This document shows, piece by piece, positions 40,401 through 53,278 of a stretch of DNA of 64,000 bases (the first letter of the stretch is position 1; every line of letters starts with the position of its first letter). The notes under the pieces are model-generated. The model was given only the letters and a program-made list of their open reading frames with translations. It had not been told where the DNA came from and ran no database searches. Both the position numbers and the translations under genes were made by a program. The stretch comes from Cycas panzhihuaensis. Taxonomy: Eukaryota; Plantae; Cycadophyta. The DNA lies in the NCBI GenBank assembly GCA_023213395.1, contig CM041465.1:141181741-141245740 (forward strand). Direction: 5' to 3'.

Positions 40401-40480
40401 TGTCAAAGTAAAGTTATCTAAAGTGGAGATCGTGATCTTAGCTTATTTAATGATCTGCATGAAAGCACTTCTAATGAGTA

Positions 40481-40514
<34 letters not shown>

Positions 40515-40531
40515 ATATCTATATATATATA
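40481..40531. repeat. (ATCT)n(AT)n microsatellite
   Basis: Seen directly. Confidence 0.9.
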
Positions 40532-40559
40532 TGAAATAATTTGATAATATATAATAATG

Positions 40560-41600
40560 ATAAATCAACACAACATTGAATATTAATATGTTTGAATTAT
40601 CTCATTACTTGATGAATGTGAGGTATTTTTAGCTATTCAAAGATTATTTTGAGTTCCCTAATGCTCTCTAAGTGTAAAAGCTAACTCTATCATACAAAAT
40701 CAAATTTCACTATAGAGATCATTAAAATTAAAACTTGTGAGTATTGTAAGAGAGGTGATTAGTCATTTCAACATTGCTCTTTAGACTTGACCATCTTCTT
40801 CATGATGTATTTATGGGTTTTAGAATTCAACATTATCTTGATCTTGGTTTTGATTAGGTATTAATATTGTTTAGTCCATTTATGTTTAACATCTCTCAAT
40901 ATTTTTAAAGTATGCAAAACAAAGAGAAGATTAAGAAATAAGTACTAAGTATGGCAAGCTTATATCTGGAAAGTTAATGAGTTTTTACATGTATTTCAAA
41001 GTTGTTTATGATCCACTTATGCATATAGATAAAAGCCTATGCAATTATATGATGTTAGTGCTCATTCCACAATGTATAGTCAATATATAAATATTAATTT
41101 ATTTATTTAACTCGATCATAAAATATAATTAATTTTTGCCCCTATCTTATTTTGAACATCCATCTTATATTAATAAACCAACTTGAGTATATCAACATAT
41201 ATAGATATATCAATGCCATAGTTTGACAAATTGTTGAATCATTTTGTCTTATAAATTCTAAAGTTCAACCAAGGAAAATAAGTAATAAATATCTCTATGA
41301 TCTACTTTTAATAATATCTCATTAACACCAATATTTGCTCAATCAACCTTATGTCACAACTAACATATTTGGGTGCTTAATAAGCACTCTCACCTATGCC
41401 TATCATAACCAACTTAATTGATTTATTTCATACATGGCACATGATCCACTTAAACGATGTAAAGATTATCATATGAATTTCACAGATATTTTTAATCTAG
41501 CATAAGCTTCATATTTAGAGAATACATAACATCACATTCATATACATGTGGAGATAACATTCATACTAGCTAGTTGTCTTTAAAAGTCTTAGTCATATGA
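40560..41600 (+). mobile_element. Very decayed copia RT remnant
   Basis: Faint motifs YKIKF...LKLV (~40690-40740) and HLNDVKII (~41447-41470). Confidence 0.35.
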
Positions 41601-42971
41601 ATAGATTTTAAACATTTGTTTTTACTAAAACAATATCATTTTTTATTTTATTTTTAATATTTATTTTATTAACTTAGACAAATTTCAAAGTTCAGTATGT
41701 TTTTTATTTTACTTTTATGAAAATAAATCTAAGATTCATATAAGAATGCCTTAGATTTTTTTTTTTTTTTCTCTTGAATAATTAACTCTTTTTGTTAATT
41801 TTTTATTCTTTTCTTTTATTTATTGACAAGTGTAAAAAACTAAATAAGAATTGAATATTTTATTTTATTCAATAACTTATAAGCAATTATTTACATAAAA
41901 CAACATAATATAATTGCCACTATTACTTATTCATTCATAACAAACTAGTATTGTTTATCATCTACCATTTTGTTTTTGTATTTCTATACTGTGGAGACAA
42001 TATATTAAATTTAGTATGTAAGCACCACAAGAACAAAGAACACATGAAACATAATATTTATTTTTAAGAACATGAAATACATGTACTCATTTTTTCCATG
42101 GCATAAGAATTTAGGAATTGTGACTAAATACCAAACAAGTAAAATGCTTGCTTATACTTGTCTTTTTAGGTATATTAAATATACTATGTAAATAAACACA
42201 AAGAACATATAGCATATGAAACAAAAAAAGTGGAATGATTTTTAAAAGAATGAAGTGCGTGTAATCATTTTTATTGTGGCATGAAAATCTAAGAAAATTT
42301 TAGGCACCCCACTAAACAAATAAAATAATGTTATTTAGCATTTTTTATCATGGTAGTTAACAATGATTTTATTATAGTATAAGAATCTCAGAAAATTTTA
42401 GCCAACCCACTAAACAAATAAAATATTATTATTTAGCATTTTTTTTACCACAATACTTGACGTTATTCCATAGAACTTATATGTTCTATTCTACCATCAC
42501 ATAAAGAATTAAGAATTCAAGAATTGCAGACCAAAATGACTAAGTGGGAGGGCATGCAATGATTAGATGTTTGGGCTATGCAATACATGTACTTATTACT
42601 ACTTTAGCTTTTCGTTGTGTTAACTTTATAACAAGTGCAATTGTGTTCCTTTTATATATAGTTGTGAGTGGACTATATATATGTCACCTCTTGGAATGAA
42701 GAAGGTTTTGTCAAATATGTTATTATGTGGCATTTATAATTAATGACATAATCAAATTTTTGAGTTCTTTTAAGAGAATATAATACTAGTGAGAAGTATG
42801 CACCATGGTTTACACCTTGCTTGCAAGAGGTTAATATAATAAAACACATAAATATTAAATACATAATTTAATCATTAAATATTTTTTCTTTAGAAATAAA
42901 AATTATATAAGATAATATTCAAGCATAAAATATGATTTTTTTCCCCTTATAATATTGCATTGATTTTTATT

Positions 42972-42974
<3 letters not shown>

Positions 42975-43019
<45 letters not shown>

Positions 43020-43030
43020 TTGTGGGTGTG

Positions 43031-43078
<48 letters not shown>
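42975..43078. repeat. Compound microsatellite (TC)n(TA)n(TG)n(AG)n
   Basis: Seen directly. Confidence 0.95.
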
Positions 43079-43081
<3 letters not shown>

Positions 43082-43758
43082 TATTTGTTATATATAGAAG
43101 CAATCTACTTTTAATAAAATTTTATTAGATTAAAAGTTTATATTTTATGTTTAATAAATTTTATATAAATAAATTATACACACACACACATAATATTTGT
43201 GTCGATAGGTACCCTTAGGTGACTTGGGTGAGGAGTCTGCGCTCACCCAGGATCTCGAATAACTCCCCACTCAAAAAAGAGAAAAAGAAAAGAAAAGAAA
43301 AAAAAAAGAAGAAATTTGATGTACATGTGATCGCTATGTAAAATCGAAAGGTTCTAACATGCTATGCAATTGCATGGTAACCTAAAATCACTCAATTTTG
43401 AAATGTTAATTTTTATAGGTATTCAAATGATCCATTTGACTAGATTTCATTTTGTAAAGACAATCTGAACCCTTCATCAAGGGTTGATTGGCTTGTGAGT
43501 TTAAATTGGGTTTATAGACAACAATGAGGGCTGTTGACCACCATTGATAGACATATGCACTCAAACAAATACAAATACCTTCATGCCTATTGGCGCTCAC
43601 AAACTATTAACAGTTTGCACTAGTAATTGTTTATATTTCTTTGGTTGGTTTTTGCATCGATAAGCACCCTTAGGGCACTTTGACGGGGACTCCTCACTTA
43701 GGTCTCCCAATTACTTTCATAAAAGAGGATAATTACAAAAAATGTGTGCATATGTGTA

Positions 43759-44022
43759 ACGTGTAACTTGTCACAACCTTTACACGGAGTTTCGTTTATG
43801 CCACAAATAAATTGTGTGGATTAAGCATACGCAACGTGGCCACAATACATAGGAAATGAATCTCGGTTACAATTACTCTTGTAAAAGAAGACAATAAAAA
43901 ATAAAAAAAAAGTGTATACGTGTAACTTGTTGCAAACTTTACACAGAGTTTCATTTATGTCACAAATAAATTGTGCAGATTAAGCACACATAGTGTGGCC
44001 ACATTACACAAGAAATGAATCT
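43759..44022. repeat. ~105-bp direct repeat (period ~160 bp) upstream of the OMT gene
   Basis: ACGTGTAACTTGT...TTTACAC(G/A)GAGTTTC...CACAAATAAATTGTG...GATTAAGCA...GTGGCCACA...GAAATGAATCT at 43759-43863 and 43918-44022. Confidence 0.85.
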
Positions 44023-44379
44023 TGATAGTTTCATAGGTTTTCTAGAAGAATTTTAGTTGTTAGCAACTTCTGCATCTATCTCAATCAACATTCAGAAAAA
44101 CCAACTCATTAAAAATTTAATATAGTATGGATGAATGATTATCTTCACATCATAAGCTTAAAGAATACTTCATTTTTAGTGATGTGATGCTCTACATATG
44201 TATTAGTAATAGACAATAGAATTAAATCTAAAACTATTGGCCCAAGTAAAATTGAAAAATAAAAAGTATCTATTCATGTTCACATCATGTTGAATCTACA
44301 CTCATTTATTTTTTAAATTTTAGAGTATATATAAATAAAACTCTTGTACAATCATTTCAACCATCTCATTAAAAATTCA

Positions 44380-44655
44380 AGAACCGGGTAACGAAGAGTA
44401 ACCTGAAAGGGAGTGCTCCATGGTGTGGTCTGCACCGACGGTATACACCAATCAGAATAAATTAGTTCGAGCAATACGGCTACCAAGAGGATAAGAATAC
44501 CGCATCGATATCACCAAATTGGCACGTATGGTATAGAATGGACTGGACCTCTGGCGCACGCAATACATGTGTTCGTTTCTACCGTGGCTGTCCCTGTTTA
44601 TGGCTATATAACAACGCTGATTGGGCGCCCTTTAATCGCATGAAGTAAAGAGGAG
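44380..44655 (+). promoter_or_regulatory. Putative CpG-retaining proximal promoter of the OMT gene with TATA box (CTATATAA, 44604-44611)
   Basis: Abrupt switch to CpG-rich sequence; TATA ~50 bp upstream of the ATG; ACCAA(A/T) MYB/AC-like boxes at ~44447 and ~44513. Confidence 0.5.
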
Positions 44656-46162
44656 ATGGAGTCTTCGTGGAATGATAAGATTTCAGCATGGAATCTGGTG
44701 TTCTCCTTCGTGCCTGCCATGGCACTCAAATGCGCTCTCCTTCTCAAAATCCAGATATCATTTCAAGCGCCGGCGATGCCGCTCTCTCCATCCGAGATCT
44801 CGCCGCCCGCATGAAAAGGGCCCCCAATTTGGATTATCTGTGTCGAATCATGAGATATCTTTCCAGCATTGGGGTTTTCAAGGAACTCGGAACCTGAGAC
44901 TGTTTACGGTCTCACACAGATGACGAGATCGTATTTCGTGAGAGAAGGGAATCCGATGAGCATGGGAGCGTACCATCTGTGGATAAATGAGGAGGTGAGC
45001 CAAGCGGGTTGGCACCGTCTGGGAGAAAGCGTAGTGGAAGGCCGCAGTGCATTTGAGATATTCCATGGGCAATGCATGTGGGATTACACAAACGACGATG
45101 CCCTCTACAACCAACTGGTGAACCATGGAATGCGGTCCATGACCTCCGGACTAATGAAAGACATGTTGGAGGAGTAAGATGGGTTTAAGGAGGTGACCAC
45201 TTTGGTAGACGCTGGTGGAGGAGTTGGGGAAGCGTTGAATGAAATAATTGGGTTATATCCTCACATCAACGCCATCAAATTTCGATCTTCCCCACGTTGT
45301 GGCAGCCGCGCCCCGTATTGCAGGCACCGTTCTAACTTTATTTCCTCGCCTTTCATTCGTACTAAATTGAATAATGTGCTTTAAAGAGACTCACCTTTTT
45401 GTTATTCGTTTTCAAGGAACTGAATTTTGATTGGAGTTATAGCCCATTCCGGGGCTACTATTCTTTATTTCATTATTTTTTATTGATGTTCTAGTTTATA
45501 AGTAGAAGATGGTCTATTTTTTATTGATATCCTAGACTCCCTTTCCAGGGATAAAGCGCGTAGGTGGAAATATATTTGAGAGCATACCTTCTGGAGATGC
45601 CCTTTTAATAAAAGGTATGTCTTTAATTCTTCTTTTTCAAATTTTTATTCTTTCTCTTTTCTTTGAAATATAAAATAATAAGAAACCTTTACTACTCAAA
45701 TTCTTATTTAGCAAGTTTGACTAATAAGGTCCTTGCAAAATATCAATCATTGAAAATAGTTGAATTTCATAACTCACTCTTTTAAACTAGTCTATAGGAA
45801 ATATAATAGTCATTAATTTCTAGATCATTAACTGCTTTATTTAATTTTGGATTGATTTACATGAGTAGTATGTCCTACATGATTGGGATGATAGATGTTG
45901 CATTCAAATACTAAAGAATTGTTTCAAGGCTTTACCAAAAAATGGGAAACTCATATTAGCAGAGGGAGTGTTGGATGTATCTCAATCTTCATACCAATCC
46001 CTCCAACTCTTAGATCTAACAATGTTTGCTCTTGCCAATGGGGGTAAGGAGAGGAGCCGACAACAATGGATTGAGCTTCTTACAGAGGTCAGATTTTATG
46101 TTAAGAAGATTGTTGGAAGGGAGGAAAGTCTAATTAAGATTATTGAAGCCATTAAAGGTTAA
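44656..46162 (+). pseudogene. Class-II (COMT-like) SAM-dependent O-methyltransferase, 3 exons (44656-45323, 45549-45614, 45869-46162), disrupted
   Basis: MESSWNDKISAWNLVFSFVPAMALKCALLLKI(P)DII dimerisation domain; LVDAGGGVG, FDLPHVV, GGNIFESIPSGDA, YVLHDWDD, GGKERS motifs; typical OMT intron positions; in-frame TAA at 45175-45177; four apparent frameshifts; intron-1 donor reads GC. Confidence 0.9.
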
Positions 46163-47399
46163 GAGTGATTTTTCTATCTTCTATTATCTTGAATTTATAA
46201 ATTGAGATAAAGAAATTTCCAATCCAAAGAGAGGACACATGTTACATCAATAATGAAATAACTTATTGATATGTAATATATGCATGCTTATTAACTAGTT
46301 AACTTTCTTTCTTTATTTCTTATGGCAAAAGAAAATTAAGTATTTAGTTATAATCTTGACTATTTTATCAATTATTTTAAGGAAAAAAAAATCATAAAGG
46401 ATGTTTGGCAATGTCATCAATATTTAATCTATCTAGTATGTACCTATTATTTTGCCATAGCTAATATTACCGGCTAATGTGGTTTCATTAATTGATTCTC
46501 TATATATGGTATCTTATATAGTTATGCTACATGAGAATGACAACCTATTATCTATCTATAAGAGTATATACATATACACATACATACATATTTACATATG
46601 TGTGTGTGTCTATGGGTGGGTGGGTTTATCAATGTATATGGTATAATAATAATGATATGATGATAGTAGTATGGTATGATGAAGATTATGACTATTGTGA
46701 TTATTATAATAGTTATTATAGAGATGAATTTAACGATGTAATAATGACACTATAAATGTGTTTCTTCCTCAAATATTATAATGCATCATTAATGAATAGT
46801 ACACACTAATACCTAAAATATTATTCAATATTTTATAGCATTATAAAACATTATATTCTAGTGTCTATTCCGTGTTGCTAGGTAAAATCTTTTACTAGAT
46901 CACATAAAAACATGCGGCCCCATAGAAATAGAGAACATCAAGTCAATTAAATTATTCCATATAAAAAAATTAAGCCGATGATAGATATATTATAACATCA
47001 CATCATTCCATTGCTATGAAACATTCACCCTGTAACTTTTAGATCTACAATAAGGTTAACATTGCACGGGAATATCATAATTACATATCAAAGATGTTAC
47101 ATTCTTATATTATTATAAATGCTAACAAAAGGGACTGTTGTTAACAAAAGTTGAGTAGAAATATTAAATATTATATTATAATGGTTGAAACATTATGTCA
47201 ATATCAATATATTACTATTTTAGTAATGTCTTGTTTGATAATTAAAATGGCCATAAAATCTTGACATAATATTATGATAGTCATTACTATGACCCCAAAA
47301 TATAATTATGCCAATAAGGCGACTTTAATCCTCTAAGAGAGATTAAGGTAATAGATCATTGGATTTATACACCTAAAAATAATTTTGGAGTAATGAGGA

Positions 47400-47925
47400 T
47401 TAGGCATATCAAGCACCAAAAATATATGCATAAGTTATTAAGAAAAGTAAGAAGTGTATTCATTAGAACTACACTATTAAATTATTCATATATGATTCAC
47501 ATTTATATGTTATAAAGTAAGAATTGTAAGGAAGAAAATTCTATCATTCATCTTATTTTTCTTAGTATCCTAAAATAGGATATTATTATATATTAAAGAT
47601 TAATGTTTATTAGGCTTATAATATATAATTATGAACTACCCCCTTTGTTCATGTATTATTTGTTTATTATTCCAATTCTTTATAATATGATAATGGTGAG
47701 TCACTAGGGTTATACCACATTCCTTATATGTGTCAATCATAAGGGAATTAATATTTGTTTTAAGTTTATATATATGCATTGATTTTGTTCATTATAAAAA
47801 AGAAGGATTTAAATAAGGAGAGATAAATATTTAAATTTAGTAAAATTATTTTTCTCTATGTTTATATGGGTCTATCCTTCTCATATTACTTAATCCTAGT
47901 TACTAGTTTCTACATGGTATTAGAG
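47400..47925 (+). mobile_element. Decayed LTR end plus PBS
   Basis: ...TTCTACA followed by TGGTATTAGAG at 47915-47925; left boundary uncertain. Confidence 0.35.
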
Positions 47926-48287
47926 TTATTTAGGTGTAATCTAACTAGTTCTAATCTCCTATTATATAAGTCTAAAGTCTATTGTAAGTAGCTATATTGT
48001 TGTAGAATAGTATATTTATATATTTTGATATTTGAATCTTATATTATGATTTTAGTATATTTGTTATCTTTAGTTGTTTAAGTGTTTAGACAATTTTTAA
48101 AGTGCTTTACACATGTTGTAGGATTATCTTAATAGGTTTTTTAATGTTTCAAATGTCGCCTTTAAAGTTATATTGATTTTAGGGTAAAATTAAGTCATTA
48201 ATAAGTTGAAAATGCCTATTTCCTCATGGTATTTAATCAACACACACACACACACACACACACATGAAAAAGAAACATATCAATATG

Positions 48288-48822
48288 TGTTAGGGTTAAT
48301 ATTCATCACATAACCCTATATTAGAAATATGCAGCTACACACACATTAATGGTAAGTTATGGTAAGTTTATTTTATTATAAGTGGTTTATTATTTTATAT
48401 TAAATTGAATTTAGGGTTGAGGAGGGCTCTCGCCCTCCTCCCAAATATATACTTTGGAGCCAAAACCCCCATAGTTCTTTAACACCACCTCTCAAAGGAA
48501 TTTGATGTACTCTTCTACAATATTGATTAAATATAATGATATTTCAAATGTGTATTTGAATATGGCTTGACTTACGTTCATCTACTCTACTCTCATCTCC
48601 AATAACCTACATTTGGTATTAGATCCAACCTGGGTGCATAGTGTCTAGCTCCTCATATGCTGAGTGAAAGTGCAACATATGACTACTTATAAGAATTCTG
48701 GCAGATTCATCCACTCACTGGAGAAATCAGTTTGAAGTTTCACCTCCTCTTAAAGGAGTTCTCACTCTTTGAAGTCAACCTTCTACATATTGCTCACCAT
48801 CAATTTACTAAGTTTTTTTATG

Positions 48823-48873
<51 letters not shown>

Positions 48874-51800
48874 ATTAAAATTATAAGTGATAAGATCATA
48901 TTATATTGTATCGGCCTTCTAATTTTTTGGCCCTTATCCTCTTATCTACGTATTGAATAAATCCTTCCTCTATTGGTGACTCTGGTTCCTCCATTTGTCT
49001 TCAATGCTTATGACCAAGATCTATCATGAGATGATGTCTGACCATCTATAAACTCCTCTACTACCCAGATTTGAGTTCCTACTATCCAAATCTAATTTAC
49101 TGCCTTTGTTCTAGTATTGTTTAGTAAATAACAGAGGCAAGTCATTCATCTTCTATCGTCGTCATCCTACACAATTGTTCTCCATCAACTGTGTGATTTG
49201 TTATGTATGCTTTATTTAGTTTCTAAAGTTTTCTTAATAGTTTTCTATAACTTTTATTAAATATTTGGGTGATTTGGTACGTATGCTTTATACAATCAAT
49301 ATTTCTCTATATTTGTATAGTACTTGCAGGAAGATTCAACCCAACACTCATTTGGAGTAGTTTAATTGAAGTTTTATTTATTTTTTTATAAGTTTTTAAT
49401 TATTTTTTCAGTTTTTTTTTAGGTTTCTTTATAGACCTAGTCTTCTATATGTTGGTACACCTTTATAATCAAGTGGAACTGTGTCAAGTGACTACTCATT
49501 TGAATCCTTATTGAGTCTTCTCTACACCGGAACAAACGATTCTGAAAATTGTCGCTTGTACATTGAGATATTGTTCCTAGAAGCATGGTCACTCCTCTGC
49601 CTTATTGAAACCCCATTGTACAAGCTTGGAAATAAATCATTTTGCTTTGTTTGCTCATTGAATCACCCTAGAGCTGGGTCAAAGGCCTATTAGTATCTCC
49701 CTAAGATATTTCTTTGGTGTTTTTTATCTCTATTTTTTACTGTACTATCTCTGTTTAGCCATAGGACCCTCCAACACTCATTGAGCTCTTTTTGTCATCT
49801 TTTTCTTTATTTTCTCTTTAGATTTCATCCTAAATCTTAGCGTCCACCTTTTACTATCCTCTTCAATCGATCTTTGGTTGATTTTGGCTTTAGATTCAAT
49901 CGTTTCATTGATCTATTCCTCTTCATTCTCGTGCGAACCTATGTGTTTACGATTTTTCATAAACATTTATTTTTTTATATTTGATTTATCTTTTATATTT
50001 ATTTATTATAAAGTTTTAAGAAATTTAATACGATTTAATATCTTTTGGGGTTAAGCCTTCTTACTTCCCAGCTTGCAGTCCTTTTTTAGCCCCCATATGA
50101 CCCTAGGTCATTTACAAAGGGGCAGATTTCAAAACTTAATAAATTATTTTTAATAGTTTTGGATTTTAAAGGATTAAGTTGCTTTTTATATTTTTTGGAT
50201 TCCATAAGCCCCCTTTGCAAGCCAGTGACAGGTCACATGTTCTAACCAGGTGACTAGGGGCTCTAGTAAAAAGGGGTTTAAGATCCCCCACCTTCTTTAG
50301 TTTTTTATCATAAGTGATAGGCTTTATTGTTTCACTAATATCTCCTTATCCAAGAGTCTGTTTATCGAACAGTTGGATCTGTTGGAAAGGTAACTCAGAG
50401 ATCTATATAGTAAAGTTAGTTTCACACTGATTTGAAGTTATTTTATAGATGTTTTAGGCTACTAGAGTTAGCCCTCCTATTTGATCCTAGTTTAAGCTTC
50501 TTTCATCATTTTAAAGTAATTTATTAACTTTATTCAAGTATATTTATGTCATATTGATATACTAATCTATTTTTGATAAATTTCACCTTGAACTTTAAGG
50601 CTTATATATATTTTTGGCTGAATATTGTGTAGATTTACCCTTGAAGAAGAAGGCAATATTTGGATAATATTTTACAAATAAAGAACTTTCTTACTCTTAA
50701 TTTATTTTATTTTAAGCCTTCTATTTTATTTTAATCTTATTTTAAGGCTCATATTAAGTTCATTTTAGTTCATTTAAAGGTCATTTTATTTTATTATTAA
50801 AGCTCATTTCAAAGTTCATTTTAAGCTCTTTTATTACATTTCAAAGCTTATATAGAGTTCATTTTATTGTATTTCAAATCTCATTAAAGGCTTTTTTTTT
50901 TTTTTCATGTTATTTTAGAGATCATTTGTTTCATTTAGAAGGCTCATTTTTTCTTATATTTATTTTATTTAAAGGCTTATTTTATTTCATTCTTGTTATA
51001 TTTTTTAAGTTAATTTCATTTACTACTAAAAGGAATCTTATTTGTTAATAAGACCACATTTAAAATCTATTTTTATATTAAAGAGATAATTTTTTAAACG
51101 AACACCTTTTTTCTAGCCTTACAAGGGGAACTATTAAGACCCATGAAGTTACCACCCTATACATACTCTTGGCCTACTCATATTGGATGAGGAGCATCAT
51201 TGGCTATCAGCTGCAATAGATGGTAGGCTGAGGTGGAGTACCCTGCCTTTTTGGAGTTTAGAGACTAGGCTAGGCCCAGGGGGATGAGTTCCTTGATTTG
51301 AAAAGCTTTTACTGCTAGATCTATCGCTAGACATAAGTCCATCGCAGGTGGATCAACAGATCAGTGGGGTATTTCACCTTCTTAGCAACCTGTGTACTAA
51401 GATATATAGAGCCTAACACTCATGTACCAGTATATTGAGTCCCTGATTTGCTACTTGTAGACATGCACCACTAGACAAGATAGTAACTGAAAGCCTCCCT
51501 TGGATATCCTTAAACTTAGAGCCTAGAAACCATTACATACTTAAGATGCATGAACATTCATACCCATGGTATATTTGAACACTTGTATTTTCTTTAGATT
51601 ATATATCAAAGTTTTTCTTTATAATGATAATAAATCTTGGTAATATGATCATTCCTATATTTAATGGTACTAACTTTTTACATTGTAGTAAAATGATGAA
51701 ATTAATTTTTATAACTAAAAGCTATGGGAGTTTGTGAAGGATGGTTATGATGACTTAGGTAATAATGCTACCTTGGATGAGAAACAAGCCTTTAAAAAAT

Positions 51801-52489
51801 GTATGAAGAAGGATAATGAAGCATTAGCATTAATCTTTTGTACTTTAGAAGACTATATATTTTTTAGCACAAGTGAAATGACTACATCAAAGGACACATG
51901 GAATAACTTAAAAATGATTCATGTAGGAGCCACATCTATTGAAAAAGATAGTGTCTCCATTACAATAGAATTAGGAAAAACTACATATATTGATGATGTG
52001 TTGTATGGAAATCTACTATCTGTGGGACAGATGATGGAACATGACTATAATGTTGTATTTAATAATGATGAGTATACCATTACCCTAAAAGACTCCATTA
52101 AAGAAGATAATCACTATAAGGCAGAAGTTGAGAAAGACAAATATTCTAATGAAGCTGGATCTTTCATATCTACTCTAAATATTCCAAAATAGGTCTAAAA
52201 ATAACATGACCCAATAAATATGCTTGACAACAACTTTTAAAGGAAATTCACATGCTCTAATAGGATCAACTTTACTTTATTAAGCCAACTTCGAGAACCA
52301 CATGAGTCTCACACTCTTGAAGAGACCAACATTACAGTGGAGTCAATATAGGATAGTGATATTGAATTAGTCTATTGTAGAGAAAAGGAACAAGCAATAG
52401 ATATCCTCCCTAAGATCCTTAAAAAGTTCAAGTTTCACAAATTCAGAGATAAGCTTAGAGTTATATAAAATGAATGTTATAAGGGAGAA
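48288..52489 (+). mobile_element. Internally deleted copia element E: 5' LTR 48288-48611, PBS 48614-48623, ~3-kb leader, gag start ~51620-51930, deletion-joined pol remnants, PPT 52480-52489
   Basis: ORF 51734-52192 fuses gag (KKDNEALALI...SKDTWNNLK) to NLLSVGQMME.DY.VVFN (pre-integrase); RNaseH end EQAIDILPKILKKFKFHKFRDKL at ~52385-52460; leader homologous to that of element D. Confidence 0.7.
48826..48871. repeat. (TA)n microsatellite
   Basis: Seen directly. Confidence 0.95.
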
Positions 52490-53278
52490 TGTTGGAAATA
52501 ATGTTCATTTTCTACTAAGGAGTGTGCATAGTGGCATTGGAACTCTACAGGGCTACCTCTAACCGTCATCAATTGACCTAGGTAACATGTATGTATTTTA
52601 TATTTATTTTTTATTATTTTTTGATTTGAAAAAAGGTGTCAGTCGATGACGAGTTTGCCCAATGTCCTAACTATAAATATGAGGTGCAAATACTTAACAA
52701 TATTCTTTAACACCACCATTTATTAGAAATTTTATTAATTTCTCACAATATGGAATGATTACCTGTTCTACTCTATCTCTACGTACTCTTCATGGCTAAG
52801 TTTTAATTTTTATTTTATAATATTTTAGTGATATTAAAGAACTTTTTATGAAGTTTAAAGTCTACGATGAAGTCCCTCCTTTGTTTAGCCTTAGTCATAT
52901 GGAACACAAGTTGTAAGGGTTTTCTTTGGCCAATTTGGAGTTAATTTTTGATATACAACTATATCATGGTGAATATGTTTTTAAGATTTATCTTGTAGTA
53001 GTGGTCATATGCTAAGGTTTTATATTATTTTTTAAAGTATATTTAAAGTTAAGTATTTTTGGCTTAATTCTAGTTACTTATAAGTAGACAAAGGAAGTAG
53101 AATTACTTGTATCACCTTTTTTTTTTTTGATCAGGTAAAATGAATTAAAGGGGTTTTAATTGGGTCCCCAAACCCGATACATCATAGCCGGATGGCAAAG
53201 AGAGGGAAAAGAAAAACTGACCATGACAGGCCCATGGTCTAACCCAAGATAATATCTTCAGTCCTCAGACTACAGTCT

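Noticed and set aside
42020-42460. Degenerate local repeats as a functional array
   Set aside because: Short AT-rich imperfect duplications with no further structure.
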